Origin: Pocillopora damicornis
Lineage: Eukaryota
Reading direction: 5' to 3'
DNA length: 64,000 bases
Assembly: GCF_003704095.1 (NCBI RefSeq)
Contig: NW_020846501.1
Coordinates: 496,001-560,000, forward strand
Shown: positions 39,539 through 53,675 of the stretch, piece by piece
Position numbering within the stretch: position 1 is the stretch's first letter
Layout: each line of letters opens with the position of its first letter
Made by a program: the position numbers and the translations under genes
The notes under the pieces: generated by a model
Told to the model about the DNA's origin: nothing
The model's input: the letters and a program-made list of their open reading frames with translations, nothing else
The model's database searches: none

Positions 39539-40721
39539 AACAAAAAAACTTCCTCAAAACCAATGTACAAAGATGCCGTAACTCTTAAGAGGAAACCAAA
39601 ATATAGGAGATAGCAAGATTTGGTCAAAAGGAAATGAGACCTAAGTGAGACTGTCGTTTTTCTTAACGAGCTGGTTCTCGAAGAAAGAGCGCTTTATAGA
39701 AGAAAGAAAGAGATACGAGAATAACAGACAAATCTCAGAAACATTTTTGTATTTCTTAGTGGATTGGGAATAAAGTTTCTTTGACCACTCCCGATAGTGG
39801 AGAGATTTGGACTGTTGATTTAAAACTTGCACGTAGGATAAAGAAAGTGTCACTCTTCTTTTTTATTGATCATTGACGGTTTGATTGTTGATTTTAAATC
39901 GTTTGAGGCTACATGTACGTTAACTTTAAAACAAACTTCAACTTGATGCATAATTATTATTGATGAGCCCCAGTGGAGCGAAATATGATTGCATTCTGGT
40001 GTATGTCAATTAAAAGTCGTGCGAACCTCGTTAACAATCGCTGACCAAGATGAATGCTGACACAGGCGCACCATTGGGTTACTGACCGTCTTAGCGTTTT
40101 CTTGAATAACCTAGATATGCTTTCGTATCAAATGGCTTGTTTTGATGAACCCGACAAATTTTAGCCTCTTTGTGGATACTGTGGACGCTTATTCGCACGT
40201 GCTTGAGAAATTCTCGCCATTTGTGATAAGCTCAAATCCATTCAAATAAAAACAAATCTTTGTGTTTTTATACACAAAATTATTAATTAGTTACATATTT
40301 CTATTTTTAAATTTTAGTCCTATTATCAAAGCAGAATTAGATTAGCGCATTTACACTAAGTTTTTCCAAATAGTTCCCTATTAATTTATAAATCATCATT
40401 GTCACCAACAGTGGATTAAAATGTCCTTCAAATTCTTGCTGACGCGTCTCCAGGTATGAAAGTTATTGGCGACGGTGAGCGTGAAATTGTGCTTTAGAAC
40501 AGCCTGAATTAACGCGAGCTTACCCCTTAAACTCTAATAATAACTTCGAACTGCTATAGATGATACTGTCACAATATCTTAGAAGAACTTACCTCTAGCT
40601 CTGTCCGTACTCGCAAAATTGTCTCATGTGATGGCTAGCTTGCTCTCGATTTGTGTAGCTAGTAAAAGAAAATAAACCGCTCGAGTAACCAGTCAGCGGT
40701 TCACTTCAAGAATCAACCAAC

Positions 40722-43700
40722 ATGGCTGCCCAGCCTGATCGAGAAAAACACAGCATATGGTGGGGCGATCTTTTCTCATTTACGAAGCTTTTGAACTGAT
40801 TTCAACAAAACGCAACATTGATTTATTCTGATCTTTTCTTAGCATGGTTTCCGATTTCTTTTACCCAAACATGGGCGGAGTAGAGAGTCACATTTATCAG
40901 CTGGCTCAGTATCTCATTGAGCGAGGACATAAGGTAATCTAACATTCATCGTGTTTTGTTTTCTGCAAAATGCCATAAGAAGAGAGATAAAAACAACCAT
41001 TCGAAACAGCCCTTAAAAGGTTAGATTTACAGACTGAATATATTCTCACCCGAACTGTCATTTCGTTTCAATCGTTATCGCATTACAATCATGGTTAGGG
41101 GGATTCCCCATTGACAGTTTCTTTCGCCTAGTCTGTTAGCATTAAACTTTATCCCTTCAGCACAAGTGAGTTCAAAGAATAATTTTGTTTACTGATTATA
41201 TCTGTAATGAAATCAGACATATTTAAGCCCTTCAGAGTCCTAATTTTACACTGACATACAAGTTACACTGATATACAAGTGTAAAAAGAATAGGAAAAAA
41301 ATGTCAATGACAACTACCATCAGAGTTGACAGGTCATGTTAGAATTTAATAACTTTCATGTCAGGTCGTGATTGTAACACATGCCTATGGCGAGCGAAGT
41401 GGAATACGTTATTTAACAAACTACCTCAAGGTATGCAATGGTTCCTTTGTCGCCTTTGTCATATTTTCTGTGAAATAGAAACTTTTGGAGTATGATTGTT
41501 CTAAATCTTTACTTTGTGATGTTGCTGTTTTTAGTTTTAATGCCACACTAAGTCATCCAGATGAAGTGTGCAAAATTCCAATCGATAAAGACATGCAAGC
41601 CAATCAAGTGACAGCATTAGAATCAAAACATTGCACAATCTTGAAATAATGAACACAGCGTTTATGTTTTACTGTCTTCTTACAGGTCTATTATTTACCT
41701 TTTGGTCCATTTCACAATCAGTGTGTACTGCCAACTCTGTACACAACAATTCCATTGATGAGATGTGTGTTTCTGCGAGAGAAGATAACTATAGTTCATG
41801 GACATTCTGTAAGGCATTGCTTTTAGTATCATTATTTATATTTTATTAGTGTTTTTATCATTGTAGTTATCCTTCAAGTATTGGTTCTTCTGGCAAGATT
41901 TTATATCAAAGTAAAATATAAGTTATGCAGCTAAAAATTGGAATCTTTTTTTTTTGTAAACTTTATTGCAAGCTAGCAACAGGTTTAGAATGGTGGGTGG
42001 GGGAGACAGATTAGTAGGGCAAAAAAATTCAGGTATTTTCTTTTCTCAATTTCCTTTGGTCAGTTCCATTTTCTTCATTCTTTTTCTGCATCACTTGCCT
42101 GTCTGTAGTTAATCAAATATCAGTATGAATATATTTTCTGTGTCTTTTCTTTCCTAGGCCTTTTCTACTCTTTGTCATGATGCTCTTCTTCATGCTCGCA
42201 CCATGGGACTTCGTACATTATTCACTGACCATTCTCTGTTTGGTTTTGCGGATGCTAGTTCTATCATAACCAATAAGTTTTTACAGTTTTCCTTGGCAGA
42301 CATTGATCATGTGATCTGTGTTTCACATACAAGGTTTGTGGTAACCTCAATTTTTATAACACTAGCATCTCATTTATTTCATGATGAATGTTCTTTGACT
42401 TCAAAACATTTATGTTAAACTAAAGTAAGCATATGGTGGAGCATATGCCATTAGCTCCCCACAAGGTCAGATCTTAATATAGTTGTCATATAACTATATG
42501 AATAAATAAAAGGTCGGTATAAACTAGGAAGTTATCATGATGAAAAATTGTCCACTTGAATGAAATGTAGTGAGGCTACTTCAGATAGTGATCATAATTG
42601 GATCATATATTTGTAATAATGAAGCAGAATTAATCTCCTAGGAGATTCTTGTCAGTTTGTTCTACCTGGTGTGTTATTTTTACTATCTGAATATTTAATT
42701 TTAGTTTATTCTACCTCACATCAATTGGTCTTTGTTTACCTTGATGTTGTTTACTTTACTAGTAAGGAGAACACTGTGTTGCGAGCATCAATGAAGCCTG
42801 ACATGGTATCAGTGATTCCTAATGCTGTAGATGCCAATGTATTTACACCTGATGTTTCAAAGAAAATTCCAGGAAAAAGTGAGCTGTTGAAATATTGAAG
42901 TAAATTTTTTTTTCATAAATGATTGCATGAGTGAACATTTAATCTGAGATGATAGGTAGCCAATAAGGCATGTTGTATTTGTGTGTGTCAGCTGTGACTA
43001 TCTGATATTGGACAAGTATGTGTTGAATTTAACTGAGTAATTGAAAACACGGAAACTAATATCTCAAAATCTTCCACTAACAAACACTGAAAAAAGAACT
43101 GTAAATGGAGACTAAGCTCAGATATCTTGTTTCATAAACCAAGCAAACCTCAGGATTTTCATGCTAGTTTTATATGTACACTTAGTCAATCCCGACATAT
43201 ATTTGTGATATTGTGGTGAATTAACATTTTGAGTTTTTTATTAGTCACCATTGTGGTAGTAAGTCGGTTGGTGTATAGAAAGGGTATGGATTTGTTGGCT
43301 GGAATACTCCCCATCATGTGCACCAATCATTTAGATGTCCAGTTTATTATTGGTAAGTCCATGTAGGAGAAGACACTTTTAAAGCTATTTACCAGCTTAA
43401 GTTGTCTTGAAGATCTTTGTGAAATTGTGTGTCATTATTAGCACCAGAGATCAATGGAAATCGTCAATCCCTCTCAAGATCTGATTGTTGATTCTACCCC
43501 CTCACTTCTATGCATTTCCTTGTAAATTAGTTATGAGAATTTGGTGTTAGATCAAGATAACAACTTGTATCTGTTAAGTCTGAGTATTAAAGGGTTAAAA
43601 GGACTTGAAATCTTGACTGAATAAAATGTTTGTATTATTTAATGAAGTATATTTATTTTGTGTAGGTGGTGATGGCCCAAAAAGAGCTCTCCTAGAGGAT

Positions 43701-46700
43701 GTTTGTGAACAGTGTAAACTCCAAGAAAGAGTCAAGTTTTTAGGAAAATTAAAACATGAGAAAGTTAGGGATGTAAGTTTATAACTTTACTTTCTACCAT
43801 GGAATGTTAAGAATTCTCGGATGAATTACAGATGAAATTTTATGTTTTAGTATAGAACATGTTCCTAGGCATTTCAAATTGTTGTTAATTCCTTACTAGG
43901 TGCTCACTCAAGGTGACATATTTCTCAATACATCATTAACAGAAGCATTCTGCATTGCTATTGTTGAAGCAGCTAGCTGTGGGTAAGTTTTAATTAAACA
44001 ACAAATTTTTGTTGCCAGTTTTTGACAGGCATCTTAGGGTATCAAGTTTGTGAATGACATGTTGACTTTGGATTTTGATAGTTTTCAAATTCAAACTCAA
44101 GCCCTTATTATTAGGAAAATATCAACACTATTTTGTTGGTAATACTAAGGTTGTAATAAAAGTAGCCATTCCATTGATAGCAATGATTTTTTACACCAGG
44201 CTCCAAGTGGTCAGCACCAGAGTGGGTGGGGTCCCTGAGGTACTACCAGATGACATGATAAAACTTGCTGAGCCAAGTGTGAAATGTAAGTTAAATGTCT
44301 CTATAAAGTGATTTAATGCATGGAAAAAGCCCTGAGTGACCTCTCTCTGTTAGAGTACTTCTTTCTCCTTCTACATTGTCTTGTATTTCCTCACAAAAAC
44401 ACAAGAAGAATTTGAGTTTGTATTTTAAGTTACTCTGAGCTTTTTACCTCTGTACTTTACATGTTAACCAAGCGAAGAAACAATTTGTGAAAAAAAGGTC
44501 AAAGCATTCTAACATCCTAACATCATTACTTAGTAAGACTTTTTTCGTATAACTTTTTTGCCTCAATAGAGGGCTGTATAGAAGATGACTTAAAACTTCT
44601 TTTTATCGATTAAAGGAAAACAGCAATTTTACAGAAATGTTTATGAAGAGATATTTCCACAACATTTTAACGTGGTAAAAAATTTCAAACTTGAGAAGCC
44701 AGAGTAAATTTGTGTGAAAGTGTTCTGAAAAAATTGCAGTTGACATGAATGTGACCATGTAATTTATTGAGACAGTAGTAAAAGCACAAGTGAGATTTAA
44801 TACTATACAGTTCAGTCCCCACGAGTGATAACTTAATATTGATGTCTATTAATGTGTAATGCGAGCATTCTGACAGAATTGGACCTGAAAAATTGCGCTA
44901 CTGTTCCTTCCAGTGAGTGTGAGGTGCTTGGGTGGACGAATTTTTGATTTAACAATGTTCTCAAATTGTTTAGCAGTTGGAAAGACTTCATTCACGAACT
45001 ATTGACGGTGTGCCTGTTTTGGAAACATTATGTTACAGAAAAGCGTGAGGAAAAATTCAAAGGAGAAATGTGATTCTTATGATTGAATTTGTTTCTGTTC
45101 CAGAATGCTCTTAGACATGTGAAGTGTGTTCGAAGAAACCCGAGGAACCATCTGTATAAGAAATTATCTAACGAGCGAAGCCTTAAGTTGAAAAAAAGAA
45201 TTGTTTTCTTAGTGTGGTTTGCAAGGTTGTGAAAGTCATCTCTCATCAGCAAGTCATACTTCGGGTTACGCGGTGTTAACCATTTTGCCGCAAAAACAGG
45301 AGACCAATTTTATTAGGCAATTTAGACAGTGTTCAGTTGAAAAGCATAACCAATTCTAATAAAACGACCAACAAATTAATACTAATTACACGTAGATTAA
45401 TAACTTTAACATACCGTATTTCAGCTCTCGTGGCAGCTTTGGAAAGCGCTGTAGAAGCTGCAAGAAACAATACATTTGTAGCGCCAAACGTAGCCCATGA
45501 ACGAATAAGGACAATGTATACATGGCAGAATGTAGCTCGACGAACAGAAAGAGTAAGTTTGCGCTCTCTTTTGACACATTTTCTTCACTTAATCTTAAAT
45601 TTGAAAGTTTTCCAATTCCCACGCGCTTTGCGCGGGAAAACTTGAAAAAAGCAGTAATGAACAGGAGACACGTTATCGCTGTCAGTTACGTCACCTGTCA
45701 GTCTCGTTTCCATGGTTTCTCCTTTCATAATTGGAAAATAAGCCTTGAGATTCACCCTCAGGTTCAACATCACGTAAACTGCGTGACACACAATGACAGG
45801 GAAACACATATACAACAGTTGTAGAGGTGTTTTATAGAGAGGAGAAACGAAAGCTTTATATAGCGACGAGGAATTTCACTCGTGCCTTTACTCTTGATGA
45901 GGGTTTGTTCATTGGAATCACTTATTGCTGGATAATATGTTTGCATTTTGTTTTTTAATTTGTTAGGTCTATGACTTGGTTAGCACAGTACCTCGTGTTT
46001 CATTTGACGAGCGACTCAAAAGGTAACACGTCAAGCAGTTTAACGAATATCAAATCGTTATTTCCAATCGCACGGTTTTCCCAAACTTATATCAAGTTTA
46101 TGACTTTTTTATTTATATCCCGGCAAGACTTTTCCTAAGTTCTTGCCATCAATTACTTTTATTCTCCTTTTGGATGTTCTTTTCCTTTATTTTAATCTCG
46201 ATTGTATTTTATCATTATTAGCTTGTACCACTGCGGCCGTGTGGCAGGAAAAATTTTCTGCATTTTAGCAGTAATTGATCTGTTTTTACTGTGGCTTCTC
46301 GAATGGTTTTTTCCGAGAAAGGTAGGTGCATATAACAAAGCCGTTTTCCTCAGAGTTGTCTATGCCCTGTTTATTGATCAGACATTTGACTGTCACGTGA
46401 AGCCTGTGGTCCCGTCATTTTTATGCTACACACCCCTTCCTCTCCCTCCCCTCCCTCCCCTCCTTTCCCTCTATGGGTGCTTGATATTTGAATCCTTAAT
46501 AGTCAAGAGGTTTTGGTTTCCTTTCAAGATAACAGACCCTTTAGCCCAAAAGGTTGTTCACTCATCGCTTGTTGTCTGCTGTTGTATGCTGAATTTTTTT
46601 TTTTTTTTTTTACTTTTAGAATATAGATATGGCACCCTCTTATCAAGAACAGAAAGACAAATGGAATTCCAGAGACGAAATCATAACATCTGGTCAAACA

Positions 46701-46751
46701 GCGTCAGTGATCGACAAGAAAAGACAAATCGATTGTTCTCTCGTGAGATGA
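40722..46751 (+). CDS. PIGA: Phosphatidylinositol N-acetylglucosaminyltransferase subunit A (GPI anchor biosynthesis)
   Basis: 14 exons: 40722-40759, 40843-40933 ([21 protein letters not shown]), 41365-41430, 41686-41808, 42158-42333 ([11 protein letters not shown]), 42763-42878, 43245-43352 (VSRLVYRKG), 43666-43772 (GGDGPK), 43900-43982 ([21 protein letters not shown]), 44200-44285 ([13 protein letters not shown]), 45425-45552, 45967-46022, 46222-46321 (TM), 46620-46751. Confidence 0.96.
43464..43598 (+). mobile_element. TTAA-type MITE family 2 copy in a PIGA intron
   Basis: TTTCCTTGTAAATTAGTTATGAGAATTTGGTGTTAGATCAAGATAACAACTT...AAAGGGTTAA; inverse match to 62645-62842. Confidence 0.65.
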
Positions 46752-47752
46752 CATTTGCAAAACGTACGCGATGCGAAATTACAAGGAAGTGTTATGTTAA
46801 AGCTTGAGATTAACATTGAGGGGCAAATATAAAATAAATATTTGAAATATTATGATCCTCTGTGAGCGAACATTTTGTATAGGTAATCGCAAGAGGCCGA
46901 GTAAAATTAGAGTAGTTTATTGTAACATGTATGGAAAAACTACTTAATGCTGATTGGCGAAGACAGATGGCATTATCTATTAATTTTGGTAATTATTCCG
47001 GAAGAAATTACTCGAAATTGAAAACAATGAAAAAAGCTCAACTTTAGAAACACAAGCTGTGAAAAGAAATTTCATATCTACAAGCAGCCATATATTATTT
47101 TGTTTATCACATAAACACAATAGCCCTTTACTGACAAGAAAAGTCAACTTTTTTAATGTATGAAAATAAAAGGATCGACAATCCCCCGAATAAAAGTCGT
47201 AAGGTGCGTTAGTGCTAAGGCTCAAGACGAAAAATGCGTTGAAACACCTCAAAAATGAACAATGGACGTAGTTTTCAATATACAAAATTCTCAGTTATTG
47301 ACTTGGTTTTTACCGACAAAAGAAATAATTCAGGTAAACGACCAAAATCAGCCCGTGGCAAATCTTCCAGTTGTCGATTTTCGTTCCCAGCCGCGAGAAA
47401 CGCCATTGAATACGAAGCTCTATGTTTTTCTTCCAGTATTTTGGTTCCTGTCCTTCTAGGAAAATTAGAACGTCACCGCCTGTGAGCGATACGGATTTTT
47501 CAGTGTTTTAGCAGCCACAATCCAAAAAATATTCGACAAACGACGTTAAATTAGGAATGATTTTGCCGTTCATTCATCAACCTGACCAAGTGGCGCGAAA
47601 GGCGAGTGATGTGTCATCAGCGATATAGAACACGTGAAAAAATACGATATTCTTTCACGTGTGCTGTTACGGCTTTTGTCAGGGCTGGAAATCCCTGTCT
47701 AATACCGTGGTTTATATGATGAAATCAAATTTTTACCTTTATATTGTAAACA

Positions 47753-47910
47753 AGTGATCGCATAAGGCCGAGTGAAATCAAGGATTAGTGTCACTTGTGT
47801 TTTCAGAAGTTGCAGAAATTGTCCGCGTTGCTGCGCGACACGGCCTATTTCTGGAATTTTCTAAAACTCGCGTGATATTGACTGTTAATTTTACTCGGCC
47901 CATGCGATTA
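47753..47910. mobile_element. Palindromic foldback/MITE-like repeat
   Basis: Inverted arms GTGATCGCATAAGGCCGAGTGAAAT / ATTTTACTCGGCCCATGCGATTAC around a GC-rich centre; a lone arm copy (GTAATCGCAAGAGGCCGAGTAAAATT) lies at about 46883-46908. Confidence 0.7.
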
Positions 47911-48249
47911 CATAAACTTATATAATTGTATGCACTGTTATATATACTTATCAAAGACAAGAGTGATTATGAAACCAAACAGATTTCGTGAACTAGCCGG
48001 GGATCAAGGGGGTGATTGTCCCAAAGATTCAGCCTCCCTTTCATGACTAAATATGCCTCGTTTTGGTTACAGTATACGGCTGTAATGGCGGAGGTTTATT
48101 GTCTCTAACTGACAAGATATGTTCTCTGATTAATTTTCCCCCATAGCTTGAAGTATACTTGAAGGATACTTTTTATGGCGCCGTATACTGAATTTTGTGG
48201 TCTTAAGCTCACTTAAATCAAAGTGTTGGACGCTATTGAAGTGGATAAA

Positions 48250-51200
48250 ATGGTTGAGTTGGACAGATTGAAAAAATTCATGATATGTACGTTCGTCATC
48301 GCCACGGCTTCATTTATTGTGATGTTTTACTACTCAGTCACTTTTTCGAATTATAAGGCATTGGGAACGAATTATTTAAGAGGGTTAAAGAGGAACAATC
48401 TAAGCAAAGGCATATATTTACCAGACTTGATTCTTGGCAGTTTCCAAGAGTCGTCAAACTCAACTGGAGAAACACAACTTACAAATTCCGGGCAACCAAC
48501 TTTGAGCTCGAATGAAGTAGAGATCCCCAAAGAGTCAGGGCAACAGAATACACAGGATCTAGACAATGCTATCAGCAGTTTTAACCAAGTAACGATTCGG
48601 CATACGAAAACGGAAAAAGGACAAAGCACATCAAATACCACCGTAGCCATTTTCACTCCAACTAAAGAAGCCGGTAGCAATGAAAATTCTGATCAGGAAT
48701 TGAGTTTATGTCCTGAAAAATCACCATCTTTAGGTAAGCTATGTTTTGTTTTAATCATTGATTATGTGTTATAGCCTTAGTGACTGAGGGAGAAGCTGCG
48801 TCGGAAAAAAACATTTTATTTGCTTTAAGACTGTTTTTCACATGAGTTGCTCTCTACCCGTGCATTGTAGCTTGACTGCCTAACGTTGCGATAAATTTAT
48901 AATTTACTTGGATAATAAAATTATCATCAACTGATTTACACGGGTCCTCTTTTGAGCGATCCAGCTACGCAAGTCTTAATTCATCCTAAATTGCAAGTTG
49001 ATTGGAGTTTTTTTTATCAGTTTAATACCATTTAACACCTCCTCGTTTTTCGCTTTTACCTGAAGTATTCAACCATGTTGCATAGAAACGAATCTCCTTC
49101 TTTCGAGAATGATAGTAATTAACATGCATATTACTTTTACAACGCAAAAGGTCTCCGGCAGGTCTTGTAAATGATTGTTTACTTAGAATTCTCTTAACTC
49201 TTGCTCAATGTGGCACTGATTCTCCGATCAATTACTCTGTTATGGGCTGTGTGCAAGTGATCAACGATATTGATTCTTGTTGGAAATATTTAGGACGAAA
49301 CAGTTGTCGGTGAGAGAGACTCCAAGCCAGAGAATCATAAATTGTTACTTGCAATTTTTCCTTAAACAGGAATAGAAATTATGATATCATTAGCAAAGAT
49401 ATATCTTGCCGGAGTATGCAAAATATATGGTATATAAATGCAATATTTGACCTTCCTGTTCTTCCAAAATTTCATCTATAGGATCACTGTCTCAAACAGC
49501 GCTCTAAGATTAATGATGAGTTTATGAAACTGTACAAATATTATAATTTTAGGTAAATAGCTACTATTTAACTTCTCTACAATGTCTCAACTTAAGCAGA
49601 ATCAACTATTTGATATTTAACAAATATATTCTGTGTTGCTGTGCTATTCAGTATTATCACAAATGATATCAAAATTTAATGGGGTGAGAATCAATCAAAT
49701 TGCACAGAAGACCCAGCCAAGTGTATCATTGATGTTCTTTCTATATTTTGACACATCTTCTCTGATCTAGCGAGGTACAGACCCGTAGCAACATGGAATC
49801 TATTTGTCTTACATGTTAAAAAAGAAAATGTTGTGAGTGGTGATGTCACCTGTGTATGTCCTCCAAAAGATCATGAACAAAGTGCATATAATTCAGCTTC
49901 TCATGTAAACAGTGTTCAATACATAAGCAGAAGTTTCTTTAAAAGTTTTTATAAATTCTTGTGGATGGTGAAATAGTTGTCAACAATCACAGAGGACTGT
50001 ACATTCAAGTACTAAAGAAAATATGTAATTCTTTAACAGGGGTGATAAGAGGATTTACTGAGCATTTTAAGGGGAGATGGGGTGGCTAATACTTGGCTTG
50101 TAATAAAATCGGTGTCTCAAGAAGGATTTGTGAAGGGTTAGGATGAAAAAAGGGATGGGGAGGTTCAGTGAGGCTTGAATGTTTAATTGAAATCTTACAA
50201 ATAATGAAAAAAACACAGATATCTTGTATGTTTACTTTTTGTACTCCAGGTTTGTATGGATTTTAATGTAAAGATGAATTTTTAACCTTTTTAGCCTATT
50301 AAAATACTCTCTAAGAACTAGAAAATCACTTTGTGGAGCAGACTGTATGGTGCTGTTTTGAAAACTTCACAAGTCTGATATTACATAGGAAATTTTTAGG
50401 GCAGCCTTCAACACTTCTTGTAATATCTATAGTCTCTATCAATATGGGAATTCCCTTCTGCAATGGTATGACTTATGGTGTATCTCTCATGAAAGAAACT
50501 GCAGACTACACCATTCCCTATCTTGTGGTAGGAATAAATGTTTTGATAATATTTTTTTTACTCTTTTTTAGTTGGACCTTTGTATGTAGACCCAAAAATT
50601 CCTAAGATAGAAGATGTTGAAAAGGTCATGTCAAGTGATTTTGATGGCTGGGTTGACCATGGAGGTCATTGGAAACCAACTAAATGTAAAGCCAGGAAGA
50701 AGGTAATGAGTTCAATTAGTTCTGTTTAATTGAAAAGCTCTTTTTTCTCTTTAACTCTCAAGATTTCAACAGTGGTTATACTATGCATCACATTTCATTT
50801 GTATTGTAGCATTGAACAGAAAAGGGAGCTTGCAGTTTATGTATGGATACTTAAATGAAAATAACCAAATTAGTACATTCCAGTTCAGGAAAGGGAAAGT
50901 AGAGGCATGATTGATAATTGAAATATCAATAATCTCAAATAGTTTCCATCTACCTTGTACTCAAATTATGTATTGGTTATGGACTGAAAAAAAAATTTTG
51001 CTGATTACTCTTTATAGTGTGCTGAATTTAATTTGGTAGTTATTATTGTCAAATTTATTAGTTTGCTCTTCATGGTATCTATGCATTTTGGTTGGAGAAT
51101 CAAGATCTCCTGGTCATAATTGAAAGGCTCAGAGCAAGAACGATCCCTTGATTTTTCGGCCATTTTTGAAAGTGTTCAGAAGTAGTTGAAAACTATTATT

Positions 51201-53221
51201 GTTATCTCTTGTCAGCTGGCCTTAATTATTCCATATCGCAAGCGTTACGAACAGCTGAAGATATTTGTTAGACACATGCACCCTATTCTTAAACGGCAGA
51301 ATTTGGACTACAGAATCATGGTTGTAGAACAGGTGTGTTACAATTTGCACTTGAAACAGTATGCACTAAGTCTCACTCAAAACTGAGGTGTCCTGCAGTA
51401 TTCTGAATTGATTTTGATTTGTCAACTTCAGAAAACAGGATAGTTGTGGCAAATTTATAAGAACCTCAAGACTCTACTACCTTTGGATTATTTTATTTTT
51501 CCTTACATTTGATCCTTAATCACTTAAAAAATGGACTTTAGGTGTAGACTTCTCATTTTTCTCTGATTCAAATATTACTATGATTGACAATTTTTGTCAG
51601 ATTTACTCTGAAACTCAGAAAATCATTAACACTTTGATTTGAATTTGAGGTAAATTTTTTAACAACCTATCAAAATAAAGTTTAAAATGCAAGCTACCTT
51701 CAGAACCACAAATGCATTGGCATTGAAGTTTCCAGCTCAGTTTTCTGATGCTTAATTGGCTTTTCCAAGAAACACAGTAGTTGCCCAGGGTAACAAATTG
51801 TCCCCTCAAAGTACTAGGTACATCAGTCGACCATGAAGTTTAACTATTTCTCTTAAAAGTTTCACTTGCCTTACTTTTTACACTTGATGTTGCTAATTTT
51901 TCTTTTTACTATCTAGGGTGGAACTACCATTTTTAACCGTGCCTTGCTTTTTAACATTGGCTATAAAGAAGCTCTTAAGTTTGATGATTTTGAGTGCTTT
52001 ATATTCCATGACGTTGACTTAATACCTGAAGATGACCGAAATGATTACAGCTGTCCCACATCACCCAGACACTTGTCAGTTGCCATAGATAAATTTAATT
52101 ATCGGTAAGTAGTTATGATCAACAGCCTTAAGAATACTTGTATGGTCTTCATGAATCTCAGCAAGCAGCACTTATCTAAATCTATTGGTGTATACATATT
52201 TATTTGATGATATTTCTGACAGTGATATACACAATTTCCTTGTATCCTTGTAAATTTTGCAGAACATTTACTAAATAGTTCTTTAAATTGTTCCTCTTTC
52301 AGATTGCCTTATTCAACTATTTTTGGAGGAGCTGGTGCTTTCTCCCGAGAACACTTTGAACTTGTAAATGGATTTTCAAACAAATTTTGGGGATGGGGAG
52401 GGGAAGATGATGATCTCTACAACAGGTGGAAGTTTTGTTTTTTCAGCTGATAATTTTTACAAGTCAAATTTTGCATCATGATGCAATAGGACAGTAAATC
52501 AGCCCTTCCCTACTTCCCAAAATTTTGCAGCAACATAAATGTTGATTCTCCTCTCTGTTCATTTATAAACACACTCTCTCACTCATTAACTCCTTTACCT
52601 GGGACATTTTTCCTTATCATTGATGCTTAAATAATGAAGTTAGCTCAAGTGTTGCTTGAGGCCAAGTGGGGAAACTCCTGTTGAAGCCATGTTTGCCCAT
52701 TATTTTAGGATATCAGCCAAGCAACTGAAGTTAACTCGGCCATCAATGCAAGTAGGAAGATATAAAATGTTGAAGATGTTTCACACCAGTGGCAAGGCAG
52801 ATCCAGATAGGTAAGTTTTTGACAAAATACTTGTTCATACTGATGTAGTCGATGGTAGCTGAGAAGACCTCTCCTACTGGTTAATTAAAAGTGAATTCAT
52901 CATCAGAATGAAATCAAAGTTGTTTGTCAGTCAGGTTTGTTTGTTATTTTGGTAGAAAATGTTCTTTGTTGTGGAATGGTAACAGCATATTTCAGTCAAG
53001 GCGTCCTCTTTTGTTGTTGTTGTTTTCTGAAGGTGCACGTTTTCATAACAGATGTTACTTCATTCCACAGGTTTGCTAAACTAAAAGACTCTGCCCAGAG
53101 AATGCCTACTGATGGAATTAATTCTCTTCTATATAAAGTAGAAAATGTAACAGAACATCGCCTTTACACTCAGGTTACTGTAGATGTACGAGAGGCTATG
53201 CCACAGAAATTACAAAATTAA
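48250..53221 (+). CDS. GT7-family beta-1,4-glycosyltransferase (B4GALT/bre-4-like), predicted beta-1,4-N-acetylgalactosaminyltransferase, type II membrane protein
   Basis: Exons 48250-48733 (TM + Ser/Thr stem), 50572-50702 (GGHWKPTKC), 51216-51332 (IIPYR), 51917-52104 ([18 protein letters not shown]), 52303-52425 ([19 protein letters not shown]), 52709-52810, 53071-53221. Confidence 0.93.
49619..49811. mobile_element. Degenerate inverted-repeat MITE
   Basis: ACAAATATATTCTGTGTTGCT ... AGCAACATGGAATCTATTTGT are imperfect inverted termini. Confidence 0.55.
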
Positions 53222-53514
53222 CCATCGTACAGCAATTCATTTGTGCAAATCTACTATCAGAGTTTGTAGACATCTGAAGGTAGTCAATCCAAAACTCTTA
53301 AAATCTGCATCGCTTAAAAGTTCATTAGTCAAACCTAGTGGACGTAAACAAATCAAAGTTTGGATTATTCAATGGTATGCAGCATAACACCATTGTAAAT
53401 TTACATGTTCTGTAGCCCTACATGTAAATAAGCAAATTGGTTTAACATTGGAATGATAGGTGATTAAAATATTTTATTTTTATATCTGCACAGCTAGTTG
53501 TGAGTAATATACAG

Positions 53515-53675
53515 TAGCCTCTGCATAGGCCCTCATTATTAGGACTTCGGCACAAGTGTTTCTTCAACTGCAGGAAAGTATGAAGCCTGGAACAACCCTA
53601 GCAGGGGGGAGAGGTCTGTGAGGCAGAGAAACACGCATCTTGCAACCCCAATAATGGGAGTGTGCTTGCAGGCAA
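53515..53675. mobile_element. Short MITE with 9-bp target-site duplication (Mutator-like)
   Basis: Imperfect inverted termini TAGCC..GCA..CATTATT.GG / CCAATAATG..TGCAGGCAA, flanked by direct repeats AATATACAG at 53506-53514 and 53676-53684. Confidence 0.65.

Noticed and set aside
46202-46807. 201-aa ORF
   Set aside because: Chance read-through of PIGA exon 13, its intron and an off-frame part of the last exon.
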